Assembly: GCF_006345805.1 (NCBI RefSeq) | Contig: NC_043017.1 | Coordinates: 5,084,001 to 5,148,000, forward strand | Length of the DNA stretch: 64,000 bases | Direction of reading: 5' to 3' | Source of the DNA: Octopus sinensis | Taxonomy: Eukaryota | In this document: positions 27,363 to 41,821 of the stretch, piece by piece | How positions within the stretch are numbered: position 1 is the first letter of the stretch | Layout of the letters: every line of letters starts with the position of its first letter | Translations under genes and position numbers: made by a program | The notes under the pieces: model-generated | Database searches by the model: none | The model's input: the letters and a program-made list of their open reading frames with translations, nothing else | What the model was told of the DNA's origin: nothing

Positions 27363-28980
27363 TGCCCGAAACAGTCATGACATCTGGTACTTGACTGAAG
27401 AAAGAAGGCCTCAAACGACCCATCTTTTTTTTTGCCTGTCCTTCTAATTGTTGTTTCTCTTGTCCACCTTTGTATGAAAAAGTAGACATTACACTGAAAA
27501 CAGTGATGGTAATGACATCTTTGACATGTTTCAATCATTGGATTTTGGCCATGCTGGGGCAACACCGTGGATGATCTTAGTAATCATATTCTGGTCCTTA
27601 TTTTATTGGTCACTTTTGCTGGACTGCTAAGTTATGGGGTTGTAAGCAAATCAACACTAGTTATCAATCAGTGGGAGGGGATAAAGCACACACACACACA
27701 CAGTAGGCTTTCATTCAGTTTCTGCCTACCAAAAATCATCTACAAGGCATTGGTCAGCCCTGGAGGCTATAGTAGAAGACACCTGTCCCAAATGTCACAC
27801 CTGAGCAGTGGGACTGAACTTGAAATCACAGGGTTGCAAATGAAGCAAGCTTCTTCACCTCTCAGCCAACATATGCATATACATTTGTATGTGTGTGTGT
27901 GTGCCAGTGTGTGTGTGTGCCTGTGTGTGTGTGTGCCTCTGTGTGTGTGTGTGTGTGTGTGCCTCTGTGTGCGTGTGTGTATGTTTCTTGCAAATTTTCA
28001 AAAAAAATTTTTTTTCAGGTAGTAGTGTAAATGATTTAATTAACCCTTACTAATTATAGTTACATGTTTTTATGAACACTCATTACAAAGTGGGGTTGCA
28101 CAGGTGTGATTTGAACTCACATCATAACATGAGCAAAAGAGCGAGAGAGAGAGAGGTGGAGGGGTACCCCAATCCAATAGGATATTATTTGATGCTACGT
28201 TCTATGTTCTAAATGTTGCTTCCAACTGAAGAACAAGCAGCCAACTATTATTGATTTCAATATTCTAGATTAGATTTAAGATTCAGGACCTCACCTCTTG
28301 CCTTGTGCTCGCATGGAATGAAAATTTATGAGGTGAAAAGAAAAACTATACAATGTATATATAAAAGTTAAGTGTAAAAAAAGGTACTGACTTTATAGCT
28401 CAGCTTTTGTGAGAGAGAGAAATAGACGTATACATACTCACATGCAATGTGTACACACCTTCTCATTCGGTATCTTTATATATGCAATTTTTATTGCATA
28501 TATGTATATATGTGTGTAAGTCTGTTCATCTATGTATGTGTATACACATTTATGCTCAATATGTGCATGTGTGCACATTATATATATATATATATATACA
28601 TATATATTCATACATACACACACACACGATGTATATATAAATATATATGACTTTTGATTTATAATGTTGCATTCACATATATATACATTAATATGCCAAT
28701 ATATTTTGTGTATATGTGCATATAAATACACACTAAACTGTATTTGTGAATGAGTGTGTGTACATGTGTGTGTGTGTAATTGGATAGGGGTGTATATGTG
28801 CATGTATGTATAAGTTTATATTTGTGTATATCTACATACATGTATATGAAAAATACATTTGTTTCAGCACACAAATCCAGATCAAACCTTTAGACAAACA
28901 TTTAGTGTGTATATGTGTATGTATGTATGGATGCATGTATGTATACGTGTTATGTATGTGTGTAATATATATATATATTA

Positions 28981-29026
<46 letters not shown>

Positions 29027-29530
29027 CACTCACACAGAGTCCAACATATAATTCCTTTACGAACATAAAAGTAGTATATGTGTATGTGAATTTGTATATG
29101 TGTGAATTGTGTGTGTGTATGTGTGTATATATATATATATTTATCAAATGTATGTGCATGTATTTTATATATGTATGTGTGTGGGTTTTGATGTGTGCCT
29201 GCCACCCCCTATATGTATTTGACAATTCAATTCAGCACGAGGTTTACCACTGAAATTGATATTCATTATTCATTCTGCTTCGAGAAACGTAATTCATAAT
29301 TTACCCTCGAGACTTGGTTTGCATGTGTGTGTGCCTGTATCTACATGAGTGTCTGTGTGTGTGTGTATGTATGCATTCATGTGTTTATGTCTAATATTTA
29401 TATATGTGTGCATGTGTTTATCTCCATGTATGTGGTTCTGTGTGTGCTTGTAGCCACATTTGTGCCTGTGTAAGAAAAACAGAATAGCAAGATATATATA
29501 TAAATATGTACATATAAATATGTACATATA

Positions 29531-29565
<35 letters not shown>

Positions 29566-30589
29566 GTTTATATATATGTACATGTATATATATATGTATA
29601 TGTATATATATATGTATATGTTTATATATATGTATATATGTATATGTTTATATATATGTATATATATATGTTTATATATATATGTATATGTATATGTATA
29701 TGTGTATATATATAAATATATACATACATACATACATACATACATACATGTTTGTATGTATATAGTGTTCCCCCAGTTTTGTCAAATGCCTTCTGTCATA
29801 ATGTTCAGCTGTATTTCCAGTTAGTTTGTTAGTTCATCATGATAATAACCTTCAGCCATAATACAATTACTGTTTGATTGTAATATCATGTGATAGCAAC
29901 ATTCAATATTAATTAATGAAGGCAGTGAGCTGGCAGAATTGTTAGCATGTGGGGCAAAATACTTAGTGGCATGTTGTATAGCTTTACATTCCGGGTTCAA
30001 ATTCTGCTGAGGTCGGCTTTGCCTTTCACCCTTTTAGGGGTTGATAAAATTAAGTATCAGTTGAACGCAGGGGTCAGTATAAATGACTTCCCCACTCCCT
30101 TAAAATTGCGGGCCTTCCTCTTTTACTTGTTTCAGTCATTTGACTGTGGCCAAGCTGGAGCACCGTCTTTAGTCAAACGAATCAACCCCAGGACTCATTC
30201 TTTGTAAGCCTAGTAATTATTCTATCAGTCTCTTTTGCTGAACTGCTAGGTTACTTGTACATAATCACACCGCCATCAGTTGTCAAGTGGTGTTGAGGGG
30301 ACAAACACACACACATAAATATATTCATATATATATATGTGTATGTATGTATATATGTATATATATATAATGTATGTATATACATTACGGTGGCACGTAA
30401 AAAGCACCCACTACACTCATGGAGTGGCTGGCGTTAGGAAGGGCATCCAGCTGTAGAAACATTACTAGATCAGACTGGGCCTGGTGCAGCCTTCTGGCTT
30501 CCCAGACCCCAGTTGAACCGTCCAACCCATGCTAGCATGGAAAGCGGACGCTAAACGATGATGATGAAGATGATGTATGTATATCTTAT

Positions 30590-30735
30590 TCCTTTTCTTT
30601 TGGACTTTCCAATGTCTCCTATTTCTGAAGAAGAGCTGTGCTCAAAACATAAAACGACCACTCTTTCTTTCCTTCTCTGAGCATCTCAGTAGTACTTTGC
30701 ATATACCATGTCTTCATGTTGTCTTTTTCTGGGTT
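30590..30735 (+). mobile_element. Hammerhead-like short element, plus orientation
   Basis: 30621-30655: ATTT CTGAAGA A GAGC TGT GCTC AAAAC ATA AAAC (CpG-decayed). Confidence 0.55.
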
Positions 30736-32864
30736 TTTTTTTGTTATTAATTATATATATACACACACACACACAGACCTGCGCACATGCACATACCCAC
30801 ACATACCTCCTTCTCTTGCACTCTCTTGTCTTAGAAAGAACTTTTTCTTCACCCATTCCTTTCCGGTCATTTCAATATGTGACCGCGTGTGTATCATTGC
30901 AAGCTTCTTGCCACATAACCATGCCTGCACCTATATGTAGAAACATTTTCTTTGCTTTCCCTTTTCAGTGAAATACCTTCCCACACAGCTCTCTATATAT
31001 GTCCAGTTGTGGCTTTCTACTTTGCTTACATCACCAATAAACACACACCCCAAAATGACCAAACATCATATAATCTCATATAACTCTCCTGCCTATATAT
31101 ATACAGGATTCTTCTCTGTGTGTATTTGTACGTGCATTTGTTGTTGAAGCTGAGAGACTGTTGGAAGCAAAACAGTGTTTTTAAGGCTATAAACAGTATC
31201 TGAAGTGCCGTAGATCAAATATACATCAAACTGGATGTTTATCTTCAATTTATCATACTTCCTAAGAAATATGATATATATAAATATATATATATGTATA
31301 TATATATAACATGAAATATGATGAAATATAATAAATGGATATTTCATCATGGATAAAGGAAAGGATTTCTAATTTTGCCTCAAGGGCATAGTTTTGTGGT
31401 AGTTTGGTTTGTAGTTGCTTTGGTCAACACTGTTATGTAACTGGTGTTTGTTTTACATTTCTAAAAGAAGTGAAAGAAGCAAAAACAGCTTCAGCAGAAA
31501 TTATGGTTTGGACAGTTTGACAAGATGCGACAGGTCAGACATGCAAACATGTGACTCTCCTCTTGCATCTTAAACAAGTGACTCAGCTCATTCTTCAGAA
31601 GTTTGTTTGTCATTCAACTTGGCGGCAGTTCTTGCAGTCGTTAGTCTTTTCTTTTGTGAAGTGATTCAGTTTTCTTTAAGTGGTCTTAACTCAAACTGTG
31701 AACTAGTAGTAGCAATAATAGTGGCAGTAGTAGTAGTAGTAGTAGTTGTAGTTGTCGTCGTTGTTGTCATCGTCTTCCTGAGGCTTAAATTATAACTCAC
31801 TTCCAGTATGACTAACGATTACATAATTGAAACATGTCGTTCAGTCAATATGATGGCGGTGGGTCGGAAAAATCGGTGGAGCACCAAGTATGGTGCCTTG
31901 GAGTAATTATTTATGTCCCTTTATTCTCCAAGGTAAAATGCCACGAAAGTCAAATTTGTCTTTCGGTTTTCTTCATTTGAATATACCTGAACATACGATT
32001 CCAGTCAAAATTACTGACGCAGTGTGATAACGATAGTACTAATTATTATTATAAATTATTATCACTGTTTATTATCATTATTATTATTATTATCATTATT
32101 ATTAAGGTGGTGAGCTGGCAGAATCGTTAGCACGACAGGCAAAATGCTTAACAGCATTTCATCTGCTGCTATGTTCTGAGTTCAAATTCCGCCGAGGTTG
32201 ACTTTGCCTTTCATCCTTTAGGAGTCGATTAAATAACTAGCAGTTATGCATTGGGGTCGATGTAATTGGCTTAATCCCTTCCCCCAAATTTGAGGCCTTG
32301 TGCTTCCAGCAGAAAGAATTATCATTATAATTGTTGTTGTTGTTGTGTTGTTGTTGTTACTACTACTACTACTACTACTACTATCATTGTTATTGTTAAG
32401 GCAGCAAGCTGGCAGAATCGTTAGCTCACTGGGTGAACTGCTTAGCTGTATTTCGTCTGTCTCCATGTTCTGGTTTCGAATTCCTCCTAGGTTGACTTAT
32501 TTGACTAAATGGTGGTGCTCCAGCATGGCTGCAGACAAATGACTGGAACAAGTAAAAGACTAAAAACACACACACACACACACACATATTGTTGCTATTA
32601 TGCAAAAGTGTCGTAAGTCCAAAATGTTGCTTTTTCAGAAAATGAAAAAATAGTTTCACCATTCCATAGCAAAACCATCCTATTACACTTTGACAATCTT
32701 TGATACCTTGGCATCTGAAGAAGCTGGAGATACGATAGCTTGACCAAAAGAACCGGTTATTGCAAGCAAAAATAAATATTGTAAAAATCACATTTGGCTA
32801 AATTTGGACATACAACAGTTTAAAGTAATAGCAATGATATATATATCATCATCATCATCATCAT

Positions 32865-32898
<34 letters not shown>

Positions 32899-32954
32899 CT
32901 GAGATGTACTTGCATAGCAAGTGACGTGATCTGAGATCGTGTGCCGAAACAAAA

Positions 32955-33220
32955 ACAATTGCAGCGTGGTAGGTGTTTATAAGCCATTTAAAAACACACA
33001 AAAGCCATTAGATTCACTTCAACATTTAAATTTAATTTTTAAATTTAATTTGTCAAACTAGTTTCATCGCTTTGAAACTGCAGCCTGTTCACTGATAAAA
33101 TTCCATGCTTCATAAAAAAAAAAAGATATTTTTGAAAAATTACATTTAAATATTGAAGTGAATCTAACGGTTTTTGTATGTTTTTAAATGACTTATAAAC
33201 ACTTTCTACAGTGCAATTGT
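32955..33220. repeat. Imperfect inverted repeat (about 77-bp arms) in a (TA)n-flanked element
   Basis: 32955-33031 pairs with 33144-33220 (TTAGATTCACTTCAACATTTAAAT / ATTTAAATATTGAAGTGAATCTAA). Confidence 0.85.
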
Positions 33221-33333
33221 GTATGTATATATATCTATATATAAACTTAAATATATGTATATATAAACTTAGATATTTGTATATATAAACTTATATATAT
33301 GTAAATATATATAATCTTAGATATATAAACAAA

Positions 33334-33378
<45 letters not shown>

Positions 33379-33882
33379 AACATATACATAAAAATGTATA
33401 CATACACACACATATATATATATAAACTTATTCACAAGTGTGAATACACACACACACACACACACCATTCCATATAATAACCTGACATCTATCATTGTCC
33501 ATTATTCCTCACTTCACTAAACCAGATATGATTCCATCCATTTGTGTTTTTCTTACTGAAATATGGAGATGCAACCCCCATCATTCTTCTGCATGTCTTT
33601 GCCGATTAACAGAGGTAGGTGTGTGTGTGTGAGAGAGAGGGAGAGAGAATTTCTGTGTTACAGTGGGATTTGGAGATTAGGTTGGAAGGATTGTATATTA
33701 TTTAGCAGGATGTTGTTTTCTATAAGGTCAAGACTATGATATTGTCCTCTCATAAATCATATTACTTTGTATCTGTTTCTATCTTTTAATCTTATGTTTC
33801 TCTCTCTCTCTTCCTCTAGAAATAGTAGAAGGATAACTATCTAGCTATCCCTGTACTCTCTCTCTCTCTCTCTCTCCCTCTC

Positions 33883-33949
<67 letters not shown>

Positions 33950-34037
33950 CATAGTGGTTTGGACTTTAGCTGTTCTTTCTAGCGTAAATGATTCCTATGA
34001 GGGAAACCTCTTAATGTGTTTAAATGTACACTGTATT

Positions 34038-34077
<40 letters not shown>

Positions 34078-36099
34078 ATATATATATATATATATATACG
34101 TATTTACATACACCAACCCATGCCACCATGGAAACCAAATGTTAGCTGATGATGATGATATGCACACACACACACACACATTTATGTATAAATCTATACA
34201 TGATTATGTAAATATATTGTGGCTGTGTGGTAAGAAGCTTGCTTCTCAACCACACGATTCAGGGTTCAGTTCCACTGTGTGCGACTTTGGGCAAGTGTCC
34301 TCTACTTTTGCCTTGGGCTGATCAAAGCCTAGTGAGTAGATTTGGTAGACAGAATCTGAAAGCAGGCTCCGGCAGAAGGTAATGGCAAAACTTCTGCTGA
34401 CTCTTTCGCCACAACTTTCTCTCACTCTTTCCTCCTGCATCTTGCAGCTCACCTGCGTCCCGTCCAGGTGGGGAACCTATACGCCAAGGAAACCGGGAAA
34501 CCGGCCCTATGAGCCAGGCATGGCTTGAGAAGGAACAAACAACATGACACTTGTTGCACTAGACCAATGCAAGTTTGAGGGACAAGGGAATGGGTTTGGC
34601 CCTGCACAAACCATGCCCATTGTAATAATATTCATCATGTGTTGGTAGTGAATTTGGTTGATGGAAACTGTGAGGAAGCTCTTCATATGTGTGTGTGTGT
34701 GTGTGACTTTGTGAGTCACCACCATCACTTGACAACTGGTGCTGATTCACTTACAGTTTGGCGAAAGAGGTTGATAGGAATATATGCTGCAGTCTTCAAC
34801 TAAATGCTTCATGGACTCAGTCCATGCTTTTCTAATACTTTGACTTGGCATATTTATAAAACATGCCACGTTTCTCCAAACAAACTCTCAGCCTGTTTAT
34901 ATAACACACAAACAGAACCTGAAAGCTTGCTTTGAAATACAGGGTGTGTATTTTATAAATATGCCTTTTTATAGTATCATAAAAGCATGAAACTATTAGA
35001 GTAGCTCTTTTGGTTGTGAATCAAATTGATGTTTATCTCTCCTTGGATTCTACCTGCATTGGATCTTTTATCTATATCTATCTACCTATTTCTTTACTAC
35101 CCACAAGGAGCTAAACACAGAGGGGACAAACAAGGACAGACAAACGGATTAAGTCGATTATATCGACCCCAATGCGTAACTGGTACTTATTTAATCGACC
35201 GCAAAGGGCTGAAAGGCTAAGTCGACCTCGGCGGAATTTGAACTCAGAACGTAATGGCAGACGAAATACTGCTAAGCTCTGACTCTGTAGTACAAGTGTC
35301 TTGTTTTCATAAGTTCTGAATTAAAATCTTCCACCAAACCTTAGTCACAATTTATGTTCTAGCTTAATGATTACTAAGTTATTTTACTAAATTCTTTGTT
35401 ATATTTAAAATTAACTGAAAGAAACACAGAGCATCTCAACAGAAATATAGTAACAGAAGGGTTAAAATATATAATAGAGAAATAATTCTTAACCCTTATG
35501 ATACCAACCTGGCTGAAACCACCTCTGGCTCTGTAGTACAAATGTCTTGTTTTCATAAGTTCTGAATTAAAATCTTCCACCAAACCTTAGTCACAATTTA
35601 TATTCCTAACACTAGCTGAATGATAACTAAGTTATTTTACTAAATTCTTTGTTATATTTAAAATAACGGAAGGAAACACAAAGCATCTCAAAATAAATAC
35701 AGTAACGAAAGGGTTAAATACTGTTATTGCTTTTGTTGAATAAAATTTGTTGAAAAAGAGCCGCAATAATTATGCACCAACCCAGTATATACATAAACTT
35801 GCTGTTATAAATCTCTGCTCCTATCTGTCTGGAACCGCCTGCTTTGGTTTCTTCACAATCTACCCTGTGACATTTTGGCATGAAAGAAATCTTTCAACAG
35901 ATTCTCAAGTAAACTCTATGAATGCAGGATTTAACCAAAAAAGCATGCACAGCTTACCAAAATCCTTCCATTTCTTTCAGTATGATTCATGGGTGAATAT
36001 TGTGTGTATGTGTGTGTATATACATTCTTGTATTTATTAGTATATATATTTATGTGTGTGTGTATATATGTGTGTATGCATATATGTAATATAACGTGC

Positions 36100-36850
36100 A
36101 TATGTGCGTATATATGTATAAATATATGTATATATATATATTTGTGTATTTATGCGCGTGTTCATATACGCATGTATATATGTGTGTATGCATATATGTA
36201 ATATAACGTGTATATGTGTGTATGGTGGTGAGTTGGCAGAAACATTAGCATGCCTGGTGAAATGCTTAGTGGTATTTCATCTGTCTTTATGTTCTGAGTT
36301 CAAATTCTGCCGAGGTCGACTTTGCCTTTCATCCTTTCGGGGTCGGTTAATTAAGTATCAGTTGCATTCTGGGATTGATCTAATCGACTGGCTCCCTCCC
36401 CCCAAAGTTTCAGGCCTTGTGCCTAGAATAGAAAAGAACATGTATATGTGCACATATATGTATAAATATATGTATATATATATATTTGTGTATTTATGCG
36501 CGTGTTCATATACGCATGTATATATGTGTGTATGCATATATGTAATATAACGTGTATATGTGTGTATGGTGGTGAGTTGGCAGAAACATTAGCATGCCTG
36601 GTGAAATGCTTAGTGGTATTTCATCTGTCTTTATGTTCTGAGTTCAAATTCTGCCAAGGTCGACTTTGCCTTTCATCCTTTCGGGGTCGGTTAATTAAGT
36701 ATCAGTTGCATTCTGGGATTGATCTAATCGACTGGCTCCCTCCCCCCAAAGTTTCAGGCCTTGTGCCTAGAATAGAAAAGAACATGTATATGTGCACATA
36801 TATGTATAAATATATGTAAATATATGTATATATATTTGTGTATTTATGCG
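36100..36850. repeat. 344-bp tandem duplication carrying a SINE S2 copy in each unit
   Basis: ORFs 36152 and 36496 are almost identical (offset 344; one G/A difference seen). Confidence 0.93.
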
Positions 36851-37027
36851 TGTGTGCATATATGTATGTATACATATATGTAATATAACGTGTATATGTG
36901 CATATATATGAATATATATAGTGTATGTATACATGTGTGTGTGTGTATGTTTTTATATATATATATATATATGTATGTGTGTATGTATATATGTGTATAT
37001 GTGTGTATGTATATATATGTATATATG

Positions 37028-37076
<49 letters not shown>

Positions 37077-37179
37077 GTGCGATGTATATATGTGTATGTA
37101 TATAAGTATGTATGCGTGCATGTGTATGTATGTATATGTGTGTGTGTATATATGTATGTGTATCCATATTTTTTTGATG

Positions 37180-37213
<34 letters not shown>

Positions 37214-37583
37214 CAGTAGAACTGGAAGACAAATATGTTTACAATCAGCAAAGTGCTGAGGTTCTGTGTACATATATAGAGATGACAATTTACTTCATGA
37301 AATTTGGATATCTTCCATTAAAATCTTAAACCCAACATTGTAGCAGACTCTCTGTTAACTGCCAGGAAACCATAATTATTGGAATCAGCTGACATTTACA
37401 TCATTGCTGTTACAGTAGAATTCAAACATCTGGAGTGGTAGCATCATAACCAAAGTAGGAATAGAAGCTATTAACCAAAGAGATGAAGAATCAAGTTACC
37501 AATTTCAGGTCTTGTGTTCGTAACCACCCTTACCACCTGTGGTGTCTCAGGAGATTGTTAGAATTATTCTGAAAGCTGAAATC

Positions 37584-37898
37584 AAAGTTATGATCAACAT
37601 TGGGACCCAAAGTTGTGATCAGTGTTGTGACCAAAGTTGTGATCAAAGTTGTGATCAATGTTGTAACCAAAGTTATGATCAGTGTTGTGACCAAAGTTGT
37701 GGTTAACGTTGTGACTAAAGTTGTGATCAACATTGTGACCAAAGTTGTGATCAACATTGTAACCAACAGTGTGACCAAAGTTGTGATCAGTGTTGTGACC
37801 AAAGTTGTGATCAATGTTGTGACCAAAGTTGTGATCAATGTTGTGACCAAAGTTGGGATCAACGTTGTGACTAAAGTTGTGATCAACATTATGACCAA
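37584..37898. repeat. Minisatellite, 24-bp unit (AAAGTTGTGATC+AATGTTGTGACC) built from two 12-bp subunits, about 13 units
   Basis: Direct inspection; two lone 12-mers interrupt the phase; abuts a minus-strand SINE head at about 37901-37940. Confidence 0.95.
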
Positions 37899-38348
37899 AC
37901 AACCATACAATTGTGAGCCAAGTATCCTAACCACTTTGCCACAAGAACAACTCAACAACCATAGAGAAAGATAGAGATAAATGGATAGACAGACAGACAG
38001 ACAGATAGATAGATAGATACATAGAGAGAGAGAGGTTGGGTGAGGGACAGAGAGAGATAGAGGTGGGGGTGAGGGGCAGAGAGGGAGAGGTGGGGGTGAG
38101 GGACAGAGAGAGGAAGATGAGTTGCCTTTGGGTGTGTGTTTCATAATAACTTTCACTATTGATTCTGGGGAGAAATTTCAACTGTTTTCTGCTGCCAGTT
38201 CTTCCCAGAAGCGACCCAAAATAAAACCAATATTCAAAGAGTCATCTGAAGAAATAATCTTGGCAGGATTCTTTCATTTGTATTTCTAATTCATTAATTT
38301 AATTTCTCTGACAGAAGCTGAATAAATAATGAGGAAACAAGTGAAAGT

Positions 38349-38385
<37 letters not shown>

Positions 38386-40148
38386 TCTTTGTGTGTGTAT
38401 AAAGAGAGTGTATGTGTACGGACATGTGCTTCAGTGAGTGAGTGTGTGTGTGTGTCTGAGCTTGTCTATGTGTATATTCTTGAGACTCTGTGTGTGTGTG
38501 TGTGTGTGTGTGTACATGTGCTTCAGTGAGTGAGTATGTGTGGCTGAGCATGTTTGTGTGTGTGTGTGTGTGTGTGTGAGCTTGTCCATGTGTATATTCT
38601 TGAGACTGTGTGCGTGTACGTGTGCTTCAGTGAGTGAGTGTGTGTGTGCCTGAGTTTGTGTGTATATGTTTGAGAGAGAGTGTGTGTGCATACATGTGCT
38701 TGAATGAGTGTGTGTGTGTGTGTGATAAACTTGTTTGTTTGTGTGTGTATGTACGTGTGCTTGTATTAGTGTCTGTGTGCATATACTTCTAAGAATGTAT
38801 GTATGCACATGTGTACATGTTTGTGTGTATATATGTGCATATACTACTAACAATGTACCTCCATGTGTGTGTGCATATGTATTGTATAAACATGTATATA
38901 TGTGCATATACTTCTATTATGTGTATGTGCATGTATATGTACGTATTCATGTATGTGTGTGCTTGTATTTATGTCGAGTGTGCATACACATCGAATAATG
39001 TGCATATATATATGCACAAGTGCTTGCATGCGTTTGTAGAAGGAAGAACCATTAAAAAAAATACTTTTATCTTTTTTCATTAAATAATTAACAATTAATT
39101 AAATAAACACGGTGTTTACATGTTACTTTCCAAAGTGTTATGTTTTTTTTGTTGTTGTTTTCAAAGAGACAACATGAGAGGAAAAAAAAAAACTAAAAAC
39201 ACAAAAAACTCAAGTTTTTTTTTTTTTTGAAAAAAAAGCAAACTTTATAGCTCAAAGCAGTTTAGTTACAGGGTTTGAGGAGGGAGCAGTCCATTGGTGG
39301 TGGGGAAGAAGGACTGTGACATCACATGAATGACATAATATAATATTTGTGTATTGAAATTTGCTTCCAACTCTTGCTGTTTCACACCATTTAGGAATGT
39401 TTACCAACAAAAGTGCCATTCTGAGGAGAGGAATTTTTATGCATTCACTCAATTTTATTGTTTCTTTTCTACACAGTTGTGATGTGACACTTACTTCCAA
39501 TCTCTTTGTTGTATAACGGCAGGAAGAGCATCCTTCTCTCTCTCTCTGTCTCTCTCTCTCTCTATTTCTCTCTCTCTCCCTTACTGATAACTCTGCTGCT
39601 CTTCACTGTTGTTGAAAAACAGTGCAGCATTAGGAGACATTATTGCCTGGAATGTTGTAGAACAAAGAAATCCACAAAATCCTTTTTTTTTGTGTGTGAT
39701 ATGGCACTAATAATAATAATAATAATAATGGTTTCGAATTTTGCCACAAGGTCAGCAATTTTAGGGGTGAGGAGATGAATCGATTACATCGACCCCAATG
39801 CATAACTGGTACTTAATTTATCGACCCAGAAAGGATGAAAGGCAAAGTCGACCTCGGTGGAATCTGAACTCAGAACATAGCAGCAGACGAAACACTGTTA
39901 AGCATTTCGTCCAGCGTGCTAACGATTCTGCCATCTCGCCACTTTAATAATAATAATAATCTTTTCTACTATAGGTACAAGGCCTGAAATTTTGTGGGAG
40001 GTGACCAGTCAATTAGATTGACTCCTGTGTGCAGCTGGTACTTAGTTTATTGACCCTGAAAGGATGAAAGGCACCTCAGAATGTAGCATCATTTTGCTTC
40101 ACGTGCTAACGATTCTGCCAGCTTGCTGCCTTAATAATAATAATAATA

Positions 40149-40511
40149 GTACTCAGACAGCTCAAACTTCCACCAAGGCAGCACCAATGTCCTCTCAACA
40201 ATTAGCCAGAGATGATTTTTAAAATGAGAATATCTGAAATAAACTCGACTGCTTTCATAAATGAGAATACTAAAAATGAATCCAACTGCTCTCAAAAATT
40301 AAGTAAAAAACCCGGAAAAATAGTCCAGAATCCTTGTCCAGTACTGGATCGATCCCAAAATCTAATCAATTTGTGCCAGTCATGAGGCCAAATATCCCTG
40401 AAAGTTTAATCCGAATCCATCCAGTGGTTCTTGAGATATCTTGTCGACGGACAAACCAACAAACAAACATGACTGAAAACAATACCCCAGCCTTAGCAAA
40501 GGCAGAGGTAA
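40149..40511 (+). mobile_element. Helentron-associated (DINE-1/HINE-like) element
   Basis: Subterminal AACTTCCACCAAGG, ACAA/GACA simple repeat near the 3' end, terminal hairpin ACCCCAGCC-TTAGCAAA-GGCAGAGGT, inserted in (TAA)n. Confidence 0.6.
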
Positions 40512-40531
40512 TAATAACAATAATGATAATA

Positions 40532-40570
<39 letters not shown>

Positions 40571-40960
40571 GTAATAATAATAATAATAGTAATAATAATA
40601 ATAGTAATCCTTTATTTTGACTCAAGGTCAGGAATTTTCGAGGGATGGGGAAGTCAGTAAGTATTGACTCAGAGCTTATTGACGGAAGTTGAGCTCAGAA
40701 CGTAAACACGATAAAATGCCACTTAGCATTCTGCTTTGGTCTGCTAATGATTTTGTCAGCTCAACACCTCATCATCACCATCACCATCATTGTTTAACAT
40801 CCTCCTTCCATGCTGGCATGGGTTGGACGGCTTGACAGGAGCTGACCAGGCAGGAGCCTGCACCAAACTTCTCTGTCTGTTTTGGCTCAGCTTTTTATGG
40901 CCAGATGCCCTTCCTCTGTCTAAATAATAATAATAATAATGATAATAATAATAATAATAA

Positions 40961-41218
40961 AAGAAAAGATAGTGCTCATGGGAACTGCTCATATCCTACG
41001 CAAAATACTTTCTATGTAATCTCAAGTTTTAAAACAAACATAATTTTCGTTTTTTCTTTTTTTTTGGACATTCACTAGTACAACACTAAATACAAAACCA
41101 AATATATGGCACACTAAGCATAACAACATCACGAATTTCTAACCTGTTGTCTCTTGAGGTCGCTGGGTGAGACTTGGAGCCAACTTGTACAAATATAAAG
41201 CAGAAGTCAAACATAAAA
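40961..41218 (+). mobile_element. 3' end of an R4/Dong-like non-LTR retrotransposon in (TAA)n
   Basis: 40966-41019 translates KIVLMGTAHILRKILSM-stop (RLE C-terminal motif), followed by about 200 nt of 3' UTR; (TAA)n on both sides. Confidence 0.78.
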
Positions 41219-41435
41219 TAATAATAATAATTATTATTATTATTATTGTTAAGATTTCAAATTTTTGTACAAGTCCATCAGTTTCAGGTACTTATTTTAT
41301 CAACCCTGGAAAGGATGATAGACAAAGTTGACCTTGGTGGAATTTGAACTCAGAATGTGAAAATGGACAAAATGCTACACAGCGTTTTGTCTTGTGGGCT
41401 AACAATTCTGCCAGCTCACCACAATAATAATAATA

Positions 41436-41780
41436 AAGGGGTAAAGACCCCCTTCGGTCATGAATGACCATGGGATTGCACCTAGAAAGTTACCCTCCTA
41501 GACACAAGTCCGGGCAAGGTTGTTTATGGAAGACCAGCAGTCGCCCATGCATACCGGCCTCCCCTCTCCACGCCACCAGTGTTATCCAAGGGAAAGACAA
41601 AGGTCGATACAGCTTGGCACCTGTGACGTCGCAACTCATTTCTACAGGTGAGTGAACTGGAGCAACGTGAAAATAAAGTGTCTTGCTCAAGAACACAACA
41701 CTCAGCCCGGTCCGGGATTCGAGCTCACAACCTCGCGATCGTAAGCTCGACGCTCTAACCACTGAGCCATGCGCCTTCAC
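41436..41780 (-). mobile_element. tRNA-derived SINE family S5, young copy
   Basis: Head GGCGCATGGCTCAGTGGTTAGAGCGTCG...CTCGAATCCCGG with CpGs intact; second copy at 56341-56672 (+). Confidence 0.9.
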
Positions 41781-41782
41781 AC

Positions 41783-41821
<39 letters not shown>

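Noticed and set aside
28008-28024. TTTTTTTTCAG|GTAGTA, roughly midway between the two ratchet candidates
   Set aside because: Short tract preceded by an A-run, weak regenerated donor, and no second donor about 40 nt downstream; the spacing is suggestive only
41700-41780. tRNA-like sequences at SINE heads (also 2514, 45838, 56341)
   Set aside because: A/B boxes continue directly into SINE bodies; no complete cloverleaf or terminator
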